A DNA stretch of 64,000 bases from an uncultured Candidatus Peribacteria bacterium (lineage in GTDB: Bacteria; Patescibacteriota; Gracilibacteria; Peribacterales; Peribacteraceae). The position numbers were made by a program, and so were the translations under genes. The notes beneath the pieces are model-generated. The model ran no database searches, was not told the DNA's origin, and saw nothing but the letters and a program-made list of their open reading frames with translations. The DNA lies in contig CAZYQO010000004.1 of assembly GCA_964649695.1 (NCBI GenBank), positions 89,394-153,393 of the forward strand, given 5' to 3'. This document shows, in pieces, positions 35,421 through 44,078 of the stretch (position 1 is its first letter; every line of letters starts with the position of its first letter).

Positions 35421-36517
35421 AGCGCGAGGGAACGGAGGAACTCCGCGTAGGCGGGCAGGGTGACCGCGCGGTCAAAACGCGGCAGCACCGTGGCACGGGC
35501 TAAAGACGAAATGGCGTCGGCACGGGCGGGATCCATGGTGATCGTACGGATTTTGGCGGCGATGTCGGCGGGCGTGCCCGTCGTCAGAAGGCCGTTTTCT
35601 CCGGTGATCAGTTCGGGCATCAATCCGACGGGGGTCACCACCACGGGGATACCGCAGGCCATCGCCTCCAGCACCACGCGGGGGCCGCCCTCGCTCTTGG
35701 AACACATGACCAACACCTTCGCGGTGCACATGGCGTTCACCACATCCTGCGCCGTCGGCAGCCAGCCAAGGAAGCGCACACGCTCGGTCATGCCGCAGGA
35801 CGCACAGTACGCCTCGGCCTTTTTGCGCGCGGGACCATCGCCGATCACCACGGCCGAAAGGGTGGGCTCGCGACGAACAGCGGCAAGAAAATCGAAGAGT
35901 CCCTTGTTGGCCACCAGCCTTCCGCAGAATGCGGCGTCGACGGAGGGGGCTCCCGTCCGTTGCTGCAGCATCTGCGTGTCGAGATAGAACGACGGCACCA
36001 CCCGCAGTTTGTGCTTGGCCACACCCCATGACAGCAGCAATGCGGTGACATCGCGGTTCACGACGCGCACCGCGGTCGCACGGCGCGAAGCCCATGGCAG
36101 ATACAAACGCGAGAGCAATCTCCCCACCCATTCACCGATGTTTGCCGCCTTCGGCCAGCCCACCACATGGTGCACCTCCAACGCATACGGCACCCCGATC
36201 TCCCTGGAGAGGAGCCAGGCACCGATGCCGTTATAGAAGGGCGGATAGTCATGGGCAGTCATCACCCCATAGCGATGTTCCGCATGGAGACGTTTTCCCT
36301 CGCGCGCGATCCATAACGGCTGACGCCACAGCGACCACGGCGACGGATGGAAAAAGACGTTCTCCGGAAGTGCGGGATGCCGCTCTTCACGCGCCACACA
36401 TGGGCAGAGCACGTCGATGCGATCGAAATGTGCACTGAGCCCCTGCAAAGTCTGCAGGAATGCCCCTGCCTTGCCTGCCGCAAGGCTGCGGTCGCCGGAG
36501 AGCATCAGCAGATTCAT
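35417..36517 (-). CDS. GT4 glycosyltransferase
   Basis: VMCSKSEGGPRVVLEAMACGIPVVVTPVG. Confidence 0.75.
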   Translation of the reverse strand: MNLLMLSGDRSLAAGKAGAFLQTLQGLSAHFDRIDVLCPCVAREERHPALPENVFFHPSPWSLWRQPLWIAREGKRLHAEHRYGVMTAHDYPPFYNGIGAWLLSREIGVPYALEVHHVVGWPKAANIGEWVGRLLSRLYLPWASRRATAVRVVNRDVTALLLSWGVAKHKLRVVPSFYLDTQMLQQRTGAPSVDAAFCGRLVANKGLFDFLAAVRREPTLSAVVIGDGPARKKAEAYCASCGMTERVRFLGWLPTAQDVVNAMCTAKVLVMCSKSEGGPRVVLEAMACGIPVVVTPVGLMPELITGENGLLTTGTPADIAAKIRTITMDPARADAISSLARATVLPRFDRAVTLPAYAEFLRSLAL

Positions 36518-37593
36518 AGGAGACCCTGGAAAAGTGTCATGTGTTCATCGGCAACCGTCTCCCACGGGCGCTCGGGCAAAGGGGCGGCGGCACGGGCTGC
36601 CACAATGTCGTACTGGGCGGCGGCATCTTGTATCGCACGGGCGATCGCTTCGGGCGTGCGCAGCTGCTCGATGATCATGCCCTGACGCAGCGACAGACTG
36701 AGACCCGTTTCCTCCGTCAGGAGAACAGGTAGGCCGGTGCCACGCGCCTCGAGAGCCGCATTGGGGCTGATTTCGGTGATGGAAGGCAGCACGAGCAGGT
36801 CATGACTCAAAAACACCGTCTGCTTGTCCTGCCCCTGCGCGGGAGGAAGCACCGTGACACGGTCGGACAGGGTAAGCTCGTCGATCTGTACCAGAAGATC
36901 CTGCTGCAGAGGGCCGTCGCCGATGATGGTCAACGACATGTCGGGCAGCAACGTCATCGCGTCGATGAGTGCGGGGATGTTTTTGAACGCCACAAAGCGG
37001 CCGAGAAACAGCAACTTGAACGGGGTGTGGCGGCGATGGAGCACGGGCTGTGTCCCGGGCAGCGCATTTTCAATGACTCCGTGGATGGGGAGATGCGTGT
37101 AGAAACGCTCATACAGCTCCGCCTGGAACGCTGTGGAAAACACGATGTAGTCGAATGTCCTCAGCACGCTGTGCATGCGGCGCTGCACCCAGGTGGGACG
37201 CGTGTACCACTCGCTGAGTGTGGAGCGATCGCCGCTGTCCGTTGCACGCTCCCAACCGAAATCACCGCCGAGCCGCAGCACACGTCGAGGTCCCCTGACA
37301 CGCGAGAGCATGAGAGGCACGCCCACACTCACGCCCGAGAAGGCATAGATGATGTCGGTATCCTGACCCAGAAGACGCAGCATCTTCCGGTAGCGCCACC
37401 ACCGAAGCAGCATGCCGCCTCTGCGCGACACGCGCACCACCGGCCATTTTCCTTCCTCATCCTGCTGCTCGCCATAGGCCAGAACCGTCACCTGCGCACC
37501 GCGCGCCTGCAGGCGACCGGCCAGCTCCTTCACATACGTCGCAGGACCCCCGATTTCGGGAGGATAGATGCCTGTGGCCAGAAGGATGCGCAT
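36514..37593 (-). CDS. GT4 glycosyltransferase
   Basis: MRILLATGIYPPEIGGPATY... and LVLPSITEISPNAALEARGTGLPVL. Confidence 0.75.
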   Translation of the reverse strand: MRILLATGIYPPEIGGPATYVKELAGRLQARGAQVTVLAYGEQQDEEGKWPVVRVSRRGGMLLRWWRYRKMLRLLGQDTDIIYAFSGVSVGVPLMLSRVRGPRRVLRLGGDFGWERATDSGDRSTLSEWYTRPTWVQRRMHSVLRTFDYIVFSTAFQAELYERFYTHLPIHGVIENALPGTQPVLHRRHTPFKLLFLGRFVAFKNIPALIDAMTLLPDMSLTIIGDGPLQQDLLVQIDELTLSDRVTVLPPAQGQDKQTVFLSHDLLVLPSITEISPNAALEARGTGLPVLLTEETGLSLSLRQGMIIEQLRTPEAIARAIQDAAAQYDIVAARAAAPLPERPWETVADEHMTLFQGLL

Positions 37594-37605
37594 GAGGCTC
37601 CGATT

Positions 37606-38565
37606 CTACGCCTCCCGATCCTCCGCGTCTGCCTGGTTGCGGTACCACTGGATGGTGCGGGCAACGCCCTCCGTAAAGCTGACTTTTGGCTCCCAGCCGA
37701 GCTTTTTGGTATTGCCGCTGTCGAGTGCATAACGCCAGTCGTGCCCCGGGCGGTCGGGCACAAACTGAATTAGGCTGTCGGGTTTCTGGAGGATGGCCAG
37801 CACCGTTTTCACCACTTCGATGTTCCGACGTTCATCGTCGGCACCGATGCAGTAGACCTTTCCGTCCTCCCCTTTTTCGAGCACCAGCTCGATCGCATCG
37901 GTGTGATCGGTGACATACAGCCAGTCGCGCTTGTTCTCTCCTTTGCCGTACAACGGAATCTTCTGGTCATGCAGCGCACGGGTGATGACCACGGGCAGAA
38001 GCTTGCTGCGGTCTTGGTGCGGACCGAAGTTGTTGGTGCAGCGGGTGATGCGCACCCTGATGCCGAAGGTGCGATGGGCGGCCAACAGCAACAGATCCCC
38101 CGCGGCCTTGCTCGCGGCATAGGGCGAACTGGGGCGCAGCGGAGACTCCGCGGTGCTCGACGCCTCACCATCTTTCAGGTCGCCGTACACCTCGTCAGTC
38201 GAGACGTGCAACAGTTGCAGGGCGGGGTGACGCTTGCAGAGCTCGATGAGGCTGTGGATGCCGAGAATATTGGTGTGGATGAACGGCACCGCATTCTGGA
38301 TGCTGCGATCGACATGGCTCTCGGCGGCAAAGTTGATGACCGCATCGATCTTGTATCGCTCCACGAGATCCAGCAGCAGCGCAAAGTCCACGATGTCCCC
38401 CTCCACAAACGTGATTTGCTCTTTGACGGAATCCAAAAAAGACCGATCCGCCGCATAGGTCAGCTTGTCGAGCACCACCACTTCATCGCCCGGATGCGAC
38501 GCCACATGTCGCAGCACATAGTGCGACCCGATGAAGCCCGCGCCGCCAGTAACCAGGAGATTCAT
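37606..38565 (-). CDS. rfbB: dTDP-glucose 4,6-dehydratase
   Basis: MNLLVTGGAGFIGSHYV...DKLTYA...INFAAESHVDRS...YAASKAAGD. Confidence 0.85.
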   Translation of the reverse strand: MNLLVTGGAGFIGSHYVLRHVASHPGDEVVVLDKLTYAADRSFLDSVKEQITFVEGDIVDFALLLDLVERYKIDAVINFAAESHVDRSIQNAVPFIHTNILGIHSLIELCKRHPALQLLHVSTDEVYGDLKDGEASSTAESPLRPSSPYAASKAAGDLLLLAAHRTFGIRVRITRCTNNFGPHQDRSKLLPVVITRALHDQKIPLYGKGENKRDWLYVTDHTDAIELVLEKGEDGKVYCIGADDERRNIEVVKTVLAILQKPDSLIQFVPDRPGHDWRYALDSGNTKKLGWEPKVSFTEGVARTIQWYRNQADAEDREA

Positions 38566-38629
38566 GGCCGCAGTATAGCAGCTGGGGAGGCCTTCCCGAG
38601 CCCTATTTCAGGCTCTAAGCTAGAACCCT

Positions 38630-39340
38630 ATGAAAGGCGTCCTCATCTGCGGCGGCACAGGATCCCGGCTTCGTCCCCTGACGGAGATCACGAACAAAAG
38701 CCTGCTGCCGGTCTATGACCGACCGCTCATCCAGGAGCCGCTGAGCGTGCTTCTCGCCGCGGGCATCACGGAGATCGCCGTGATCACCGGCCCCGAACAC
38801 ATGGATCAGATCACGAGCTTCCTGACGAGCGACGGACGCTTCGGGTGCACCTTCACGTTCATTGTGCAGCAGCAGCCCGGGGGCATCGCCCAGGCGCTGG
38901 GGCTCGCGGAATCCTTCGCGGGAACCGACAGCATCTGCGCCATTCTCGGCGACAATATCTACAGCGACGACCTGTCGCCGGTCATCCGCGGATTCAGCAA
39001 AGGCGCGCACGTCTTCCTGAAAGAGGTGCCCGATCCCGAGCGGTTCGGCGTGGCGGAGATCGACGGCACGCGCGTGGTCTCGATCGAAGAAAAGCCCGTG
39101 CACCCCAAGAGCCACTACGCCGTGACGGGGTGCTATGTGTACGACAACAGGTGTTTTGCAGGCATCCACAGCCTCAAGCCCTCGCCGCGTGGGGAACTGG
39201 AAATCACCGATCTGTCGCGCTGGTACCTTGAACAAGACGCACTGGAAGCCACGGTGCTGCAGCACCCCTGGATCGACGCCGGCACATTCGAAAGTCTGTA
39301 CCAGGCAGCCACGCTGATCCGTTCCAAACAGCAACGATGA
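38630..39340 (+). CDS. rfbA: glucose-1-phosphate thymidylyltransferase-like sugar nucleotidyltransferase (short form)
   Basis: MKGVLICGGTGSRLRPLT...SLLPVYDRPLI...GGIAQAL. Confidence 0.7.
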   Translation: MKGVLICGGTGSRLRPLTEITNKSLLPVYDRPLIQEPLSVLLAAGITEIAVITGPEHMDQITSFLTSDGRFGCTFTFIVQQQPGGIAQALGLAESFAGTDSICAILGDNIYSDDLSPVIRGFSKGAHVFLKEVPDPERFGVAEIDGTRVVSIEEKPVHPKSHYAVTGCYVYDNRCFAGIHSLKPSPRGELEITDLSRWYLEQDALEATVLQHPWIDAGTFESLYQAATLIRSKQQR

Positions 39341-40227
39341 TCGAGCGCCCCCTCTGTCCCTGTTGCGGCGCGCAGCCGGCCAAGACGGTGATCGGCCTGC
39401 CGTTTGCGGACAGCCGCATGCAGGAATTTTTCGTCAAACACTACGGCGGCCGCGTGGAACAATCCGCGTTGGCGGGCGGCGACTATCGCATCGAACGTTG
39501 CGTTGCCTGCGGCCTGCTGTGGCAGCGATGGATCCTGGACGAGCGCGGCATGGAACAGCTGTACGGCACCTGGATCAACAGCGGCGAGAGCAGCAAAAAA
39601 CGGCAGTCCGCCACGCTGCGTCTGCAGTACGCCCGTCATTGCGCGCGTCTGCTGCGGCTGTTCCCCAATCCTCAGGACACCCGCCTGCTCGACTTCGGCA
39701 TGGGCTGGGGGGAGTGGTGCGAGATGGCCAAGGCATTCGGCTTTCAGGTGCATGGTGTCGAACTTTCGCAGGAACGCATCGAGAGGGCACGCGCCAACGG
39801 CATCAGCGCGTCGCTGCCCGACCAGCTGCCCGAGGGGCAGTTTGACTTCCTCTACCTCGAACAGGTGTTGGAACATCTGCCGACCCCAGGTGACACGCTG
39901 CGCATGCTGCTCGCCAAACTGAAGCCCGGCGGCTACATCCACATCGGCGTCCCCGATGCCTCGGCCGTGGAGCGGCATGCCGTCTCGCCGGAACGACTGC
40001 TGTGCAAAGGTCCCGCCCAACCCCTCGAACACATCAACCTCTTCACTCCAGCGTCACTCAAAGCCGTACTCAAACTGCATGGATGTCTGCCCGCAAGACA
40101 GCACGAAATGTTGCTTCGCACACGGCCACTGCCCACCTTCCTTGCAGACTGCGCACTGTGCGTGCTGCGCATGCTGCCGGCAACGGTATTCCCTCCGGGG
40201 ACGAGCCTGATGTTCCGCAAGGGTTAA
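39337..40227 (+). CDS. class I SAM-dependent methyltransferase with N-terminal CxxC...CxxC zinc-ribbon
   Basis: CPCCG...CVACG, then LLDFGMGWGEW...LEQVLEHL...LKPGGYIHIGVPD. Confidence 0.65.
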   Translation: MIERPLCPCCGAQPAKTVIGLPFADSRMQEFFVKHYGGRVEQSALAGGDYRIERCVACGLLWQRWILDERGMEQLYGTWINSGESSKKRQSATLRLQYARHCARLLRLFPNPQDTRLLDFGMGWGEWCEMAKAFGFQVHGVELSQERIERARANGISASLPDQLPEGQFDFLYLEQVLEHLPTPGDTLRMLLAKLKPGGYIHIGVPDASAVERHAVSPERLLCKGPAQPLEHINLFTPASLKAVLKLHGCLPARQHEMLLRTRPLPTFLADCALCVLRMLPATVFPPGTSLMFRKG

Positions 40228-41297
40228 AACCGCGCGAGCTGTTCGTAGACCACGCCGTAGCGCCCCGCGATGATGCCCCAGTCATATTGTCGTGCATGCA
40301 ACTCGGCTGCCGCTGCGAGCCGTTCGCGCAACGCCGTGTCCTGCAGAAGTTTCTCCAAAGCGGCGGCGGCGATCTGCTTGTGATCGGGCTGGATAAGCAG
40401 CCCCGTTTTGCCGTCGAGAATCACATCGGGGATGCCCCCGACATTGCTGGCAATCACCCCGCAACCGCAGGCCTGCGCCTCAATGAACACGTTGCCCAAC
40501 GCCTCGCTGCGGGAGAGACCGCAGAACACCTCTGCACGGAGCATCTCCTCATAGACACCATACGGCGGCAAGGCGCCGACAAACGTCACGCGTCCGCTTT
40601 CGACAAGCATGGGGTGGCGGGCGCGTAGGGCTTCACGTTGCGAGCCGTCTCCCACAATACGCAGATGCGCGGAAGGAAAATGCGGTGCGACAAGGGCAAA
40701 GGCATCCAGCAGCGTATCCACTCCCTTCACCGTCTCCAGACGGCCGGCAAACAGGATGCGTCCGTGGACGCGCGTTTCTCCGGCACGCAATTTGTCGATG
40801 ACGGCCAGCGACACGCCATTGGGGATTTTCGACACATCGTGGCGACCCAGCCCCTCCGCACGCGTCACCAGCACCGAGCTGATGGCCGTCACCTGATCGG
40901 CCATCGCATGCTGCAGGCGCAGCAGCAACTTGGTATTGGTGCTCTGACAGGTCAGGATGCGCTTGTGCCGGGGGCAGATGAACGCACAGCCCACCATCGC
41001 CAGTCCCGCATACGACTCGAGGATGGCATGGACGATCCGCGGGCGCAGCTTGCGCACGGCGAACGGGGCAAGGAAGGGGAAGAGCCACTTGTCGATCGAA
41101 GAACCGAACCCCACGCGCAGAATGGGCACGCCTGTCGGCAGCACGGCGGAGCGCGGCAAATCACGACGCAGGCGTGCGGTCACCAGCACGATGTCATAGC
41201 GATCCTGCAGCTCGTGAGCCACCTCCTCCGCACAGGCCTCCGCCCCGCTGCGGAAGGGACTGGCGAATGCCGACAGGATGACAACGCGGGGTTTCAT
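40224..41297 (-). CDS. GT4 glycosyltransferase
   Basis: From MKPRVVILSAF.... VFCGLSRSEALGNVFIEAQACGCGVIASNVGGIPD. Confidence 0.75.
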   Translation of the reverse strand: MKPRVVILSAFASPFRSGAEACAEEVAHELQDRYDIVLVTARLRRDLPRSAVLPTGVPILRVGFGSSIDKWLFPFLAPFAVRKLRPRIVHAILESYAGLAMVGCAFICPRHKRILTCQSTNTKLLLRLQHAMADQVTAISSVLVTRAEGLGRHDVSKIPNGVSLAVIDKLRAGETRVHGRILFAGRLETVKGVDTLLDAFALVAPHFPSAHLRIVGDGSQREALRARHPMLVESGRVTFVGALPPYGVYEEMLRAEVFCGLSRSEALGNVFIEAQACGCGVIASNVGGIPDVILDGKTGLLIQPDHKQIAAAALEKLLQDTALRERLAAAAELHARQYDWGIIAGRYGVVYEQLARF

Positions 41298-42397
41298 CGA
41301 ATGAAGGATGAGAAGAATGCAGTGTACCGTGCCCCCACCGCACTCCACGAGAAGTGTTGCTCAATACGCCGGCGCGCCGCCTGCTGCAGTCGGGATCGCA
41401 GACCGGCATCATCCAGCAGTGACTGTATGGCTGCCGCCAACGCAGGCCGATTCCCTGCCGGGAACAGCAGCCCCGCATCTTCCGCCAGAAGGTACCGGTT
41501 GCCTCCCACCGCACTGGCGATGCAGGCACATGACGCGGACATCGCCTCCATTAACGCATTGCTTAAGCCCTCGCTGTAGCTGGGCAGCACGAACACATCG
41601 GTTTGGGAAAGCACGACGGGGATGTCGCTGCGGGCACCCAAAAACGACACGCGATCCTGATACTGCGCCACGAGCGGATGACCCGGCTTGTACCAGCCGA
41701 CCACCTGGATGCGCAGCGTAGGGTAACGGTTCTTGAGCGGTGCGGCGGCAGCGAGGAAATCGTCCACACCCTTCACCGATTCCAGACGGCCGACGTATGT
41801 CACCGTCACCAGGCCGGGGTCGCGCGCGGGAGCCGGGAACACCGTTTCATCGATGCCCGTGGGGATGACCATCGACTTGCCCGAGATGCACAACAGCCGC
41901 AACAACCCTGCAGGCTGAGGATGAAAGAACACGATCTTCGATGCCGCGCAGAGAATCGCCCATCCTCCCGTCCACGCATAGATCGCCGCGGCGATACGCG
42001 GCACCCAGCCGCGCGGCCACCAGGTCATGCCCACCAGCGCATCGGTCAGCAGCACGACCTTGTGCCCGGCAAGACGCAGACGCAGCAGCGCAAAGGAGGT
42101 CCAGAAGAGCACCTTGTTGACCACGATCACCTCGGGTTTCAGCTCCTTCGCCAGTCGTGCGGCATACCCGGCAAACCCAAACGCGATGCCGTAATTCCAC
42201 GGATCGGGTAAAAAGAGATCCTTGCGATAATGCACGGTCAGCGTGGGCGACACTTCCTCGATGCGGTTGCTCGAGCCCATGCACGCCACCACTACGCGAA
42301 AACCGATCCGCTGCCACAGCTCTGCCATCTTGTAGGAGCTCACCATCCAGCGGTGTTCTTCCTTCCAGTACGGTGAGAGGAGGAGGATGGTCTGCAC
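41294..42397 (-). CDS. GT4 glycosyltransferase
   Basis: VFVLPSYSEGLSNALMEAMSASCACIAS. GTG start with TATGAT 6 nt upstream. Confidence 0.7.
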   Translation of the reverse strand: MQTILLLSPYWKEEHRWMVSSYKMAELWQRIGFRVVVACMGSSNRIEEVSPTLTVHYRKDLFLPDPWNYGIAFGFAGYAARLAKELKPEVIVVNKVLFWTSFALLRLRLAGHKVVLLTDALVGMTWWPRGWVPRIAAAIYAWTGGWAILCAASKIVFFHPQPAGLLRLLCISGKSMVIPTGIDETVFPAPARDPGLVTVTYVGRLESVKGVDDFLAAAAPLKNRYPTLRIQVVGWYKPGHPLVAQYQDRVSFLGARSDIPVVLSQTDVFVLPSYSEGLSNALMEAMSASCACIASAVGGNRYLLAEDAGLLFPAGNRPALAAAIQSLLDDAGLRSRLQQAARRRIEQHFSWSAVGARYTAFFSSFIR

Positions 42398-42460
42398 GAG
42401 ACAATCATAGGCTAAGTCCTGGCATCTGACACTGCTTCCTACGGTGAAAAACCGCCATCT

Positions 42461-43027
42461 TCAGCGCTTGCGCTCCAACGAGAGAAATGCCGGATCGCTG
42501 TTCCAGTAGGTGGGCACCACCTGATGGTACGGATGTTCCAGCAGCGGCGAGTTGCTGCCCCACCGCGACTGCACCCTGCCGTTGCCCACATACACCGCCG
42601 CGTGCTCACGGATGCTGTCGATCACCCCCTCAACGGAATACACGATGATGTCCTGTTTCTGCGGCTGATTCCCGGCAAACGGCATGCAGCGATACCCGCG
42701 GCACTGCAGCTCACGGTCGAACTCGCGCCTGCCAAACGGCGCCTGTGACGGGTCGATATCCAGGGCGTGCATGAAACAGTTCTGCCCGTTGGGCGGCGCC
42801 ACGACGGTGAACTCTTCGGGCAAAAACGGCATGAGTTTGGCGTACAGATGTCTGCAGTAAAAACGCACGTCGCTCATGGCGGCAAACTTGACCTCGTCGG
42901 GCTCCGCGAGTGACGGCCGGTGCGTTAGCCGCAACCCCTCGATCGTGGTGTCGCCTTCCTTGGGATGGAAGAGGGCCGCAGGGGCAGCCGACCAAAACGC
43001 ACTGTGCAGTGCACGGCCAAAAGACAT
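42461..43027 (-). CDS. hypothetical protein, possible papain-fold (NlpC/P60- or LRAT-like) enzyme
   Basis: Candidate Cys (GQNCFMHAL) and His (EHAAVYVGNGRV) arranged as in NlpC/P60. Weak support. Confidence 0.3.
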   Translation of the reverse strand: MSFGRALHSAFWSAAPAALFHPKEGDTTIEGLRLTHRPSLAEPDEVKFAAMSDVRFYCRHLYAKLMPFLPEEFTVVAPPNGQNCFMHALDIDPSQAPFGRREFDRELQCRGYRCMPFAGNQPQKQDIIVYSVEGVIDSIREHAAVYVGNGRVQSRWGSNSPLLEHPYHQVVPTYWNSDPAFLSLERKR

Positions 43028-43065
43028 AGCGGGCGATCATACCACCTCCAGACCCGGCCGTCTGG

Positions 43066-43413
43066 TTACTTTTGCTTCTCCACGCCCGCATCCTTCAGAC
43101 CCAACTCCCTGAGCATCCTGGTCTGGCGCTGCTCCATTTCCTCCAGACGAATGACGATGTAGAAGACCATGAAAAAGAGGATGCCGATGGATGTGACGAA
43201 GACGGCATTTTCACGGTTCTTGAACCCGGCCAATGCGCTCAACGTGGACAGCAGACCCGGCTTGAGGGCGATGGCGGCGATGGCGCCCCAAAACAGCGTC
43301 CAAAGGATGCCCTCCCAGGCGGTCTTTTTCTGACGCGTGACAAGGTTCCATGCATAGACCACGGCCACGGCCGACACGAGGGGAACGACAATCTGATAGG
43401 GGGTGATGCTCAT
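43066..43413 (-). CDS. DUF2304-family small membrane protein
   Basis: 115 aa, 3-4 TM helices, C-terminal amphipathic tail. Typical position directly downstream of a polyprenol-P GT2. Confidence 0.6.
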   Translation of the reverse strand: MSITPYQIVVPLVSAVAVVYAWNLVTRQKKTAWEGILWTLFWGAIAAIALKPGLLSTLSALAGFKNRENAVFVTSIGILFFMVFYIVIRLEEMEQRQTRMLRELGLKDAGVEKQK

Positions 43414-44078
43414 CGTAAGAAGGAACGTAGCAGAATTTTCAGTGCCGTGCGCACTCCGTTTGCAAACGACTGCCCCTTGGCCAACGAATACTCGGAATAG
43501 ATAACCTTGATCGGCACCTCCACGATCCTCCAGCGGTGCTGCACGCTCTCGCGGACGATCTCGGTGCAGAACTCAAAACCGCTCATGCGCAGATCAACCT
43601 CGCGGAGAGCCTTGGCGCCGAAGGCCTTGAACCCGCACTGGCTGTCGCTGACAAAACGACCGGTCGCCACGAAGGTGACGATGTTGCCGATGCCGTTGAA
43701 GATGCGGCGGATCAGCGGGATACGGTTGCGGCCGGCAAAGCGGTTGGGCAGAACCAAGTCCGCCTTCCCCTCCTGCAAGGGCTTGAGCAGCGCAGGGATC
43801 TCGCGCGGGTCGTGCTGCTCGTCGGCATCGAGCGTGATCGCAGTGTCGGCTCCCAGCCGCCTCGCGGCCTCCAACCCCGTCATGGTGGCGGCGCCCGCGC
43901 CGCAGTTGATGCGATGCGAAACCACCAACGCACCTGCGGCGGTGGCCTGCTTCGCGGTGTCATCGGCGGAGCCGTCGTTCACGACAACCACGCGATCGAC
44001 GAACTTGGCCGCCTCGCGCACCACCGCAGCGATGCGGGTTCCCTCGTTGTACGCGGGGATGACGGCAACGGTGGTCAT
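43410..44078 (-). CDS. GT2 polyprenol-phosphate glycosyltransferase
   Basis: VAVIPAYNEGTRI...VVVNDGSADDT...LDADEQHDP. Confidence 0.8.
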   Translation of the reverse strand: MTTVAVIPAYNEGTRIAAVVREAAKFVDRVVVVNDGSADDTAKQATAAGALVVSHRINCGAGAATMTGLEAARRLGADTAITLDADEQHDPREIPALLKPLQEGKADLVLPNRFAGRNRIPLIRRIFNGIGNIVTFVATGRFVSDSQCGFKAFGAKALREVDLRMSGFEFCTEIVRESVQHRWRIVEVPIKVIYSEYSLAKGQSFANGVRTALKILLRSFLR

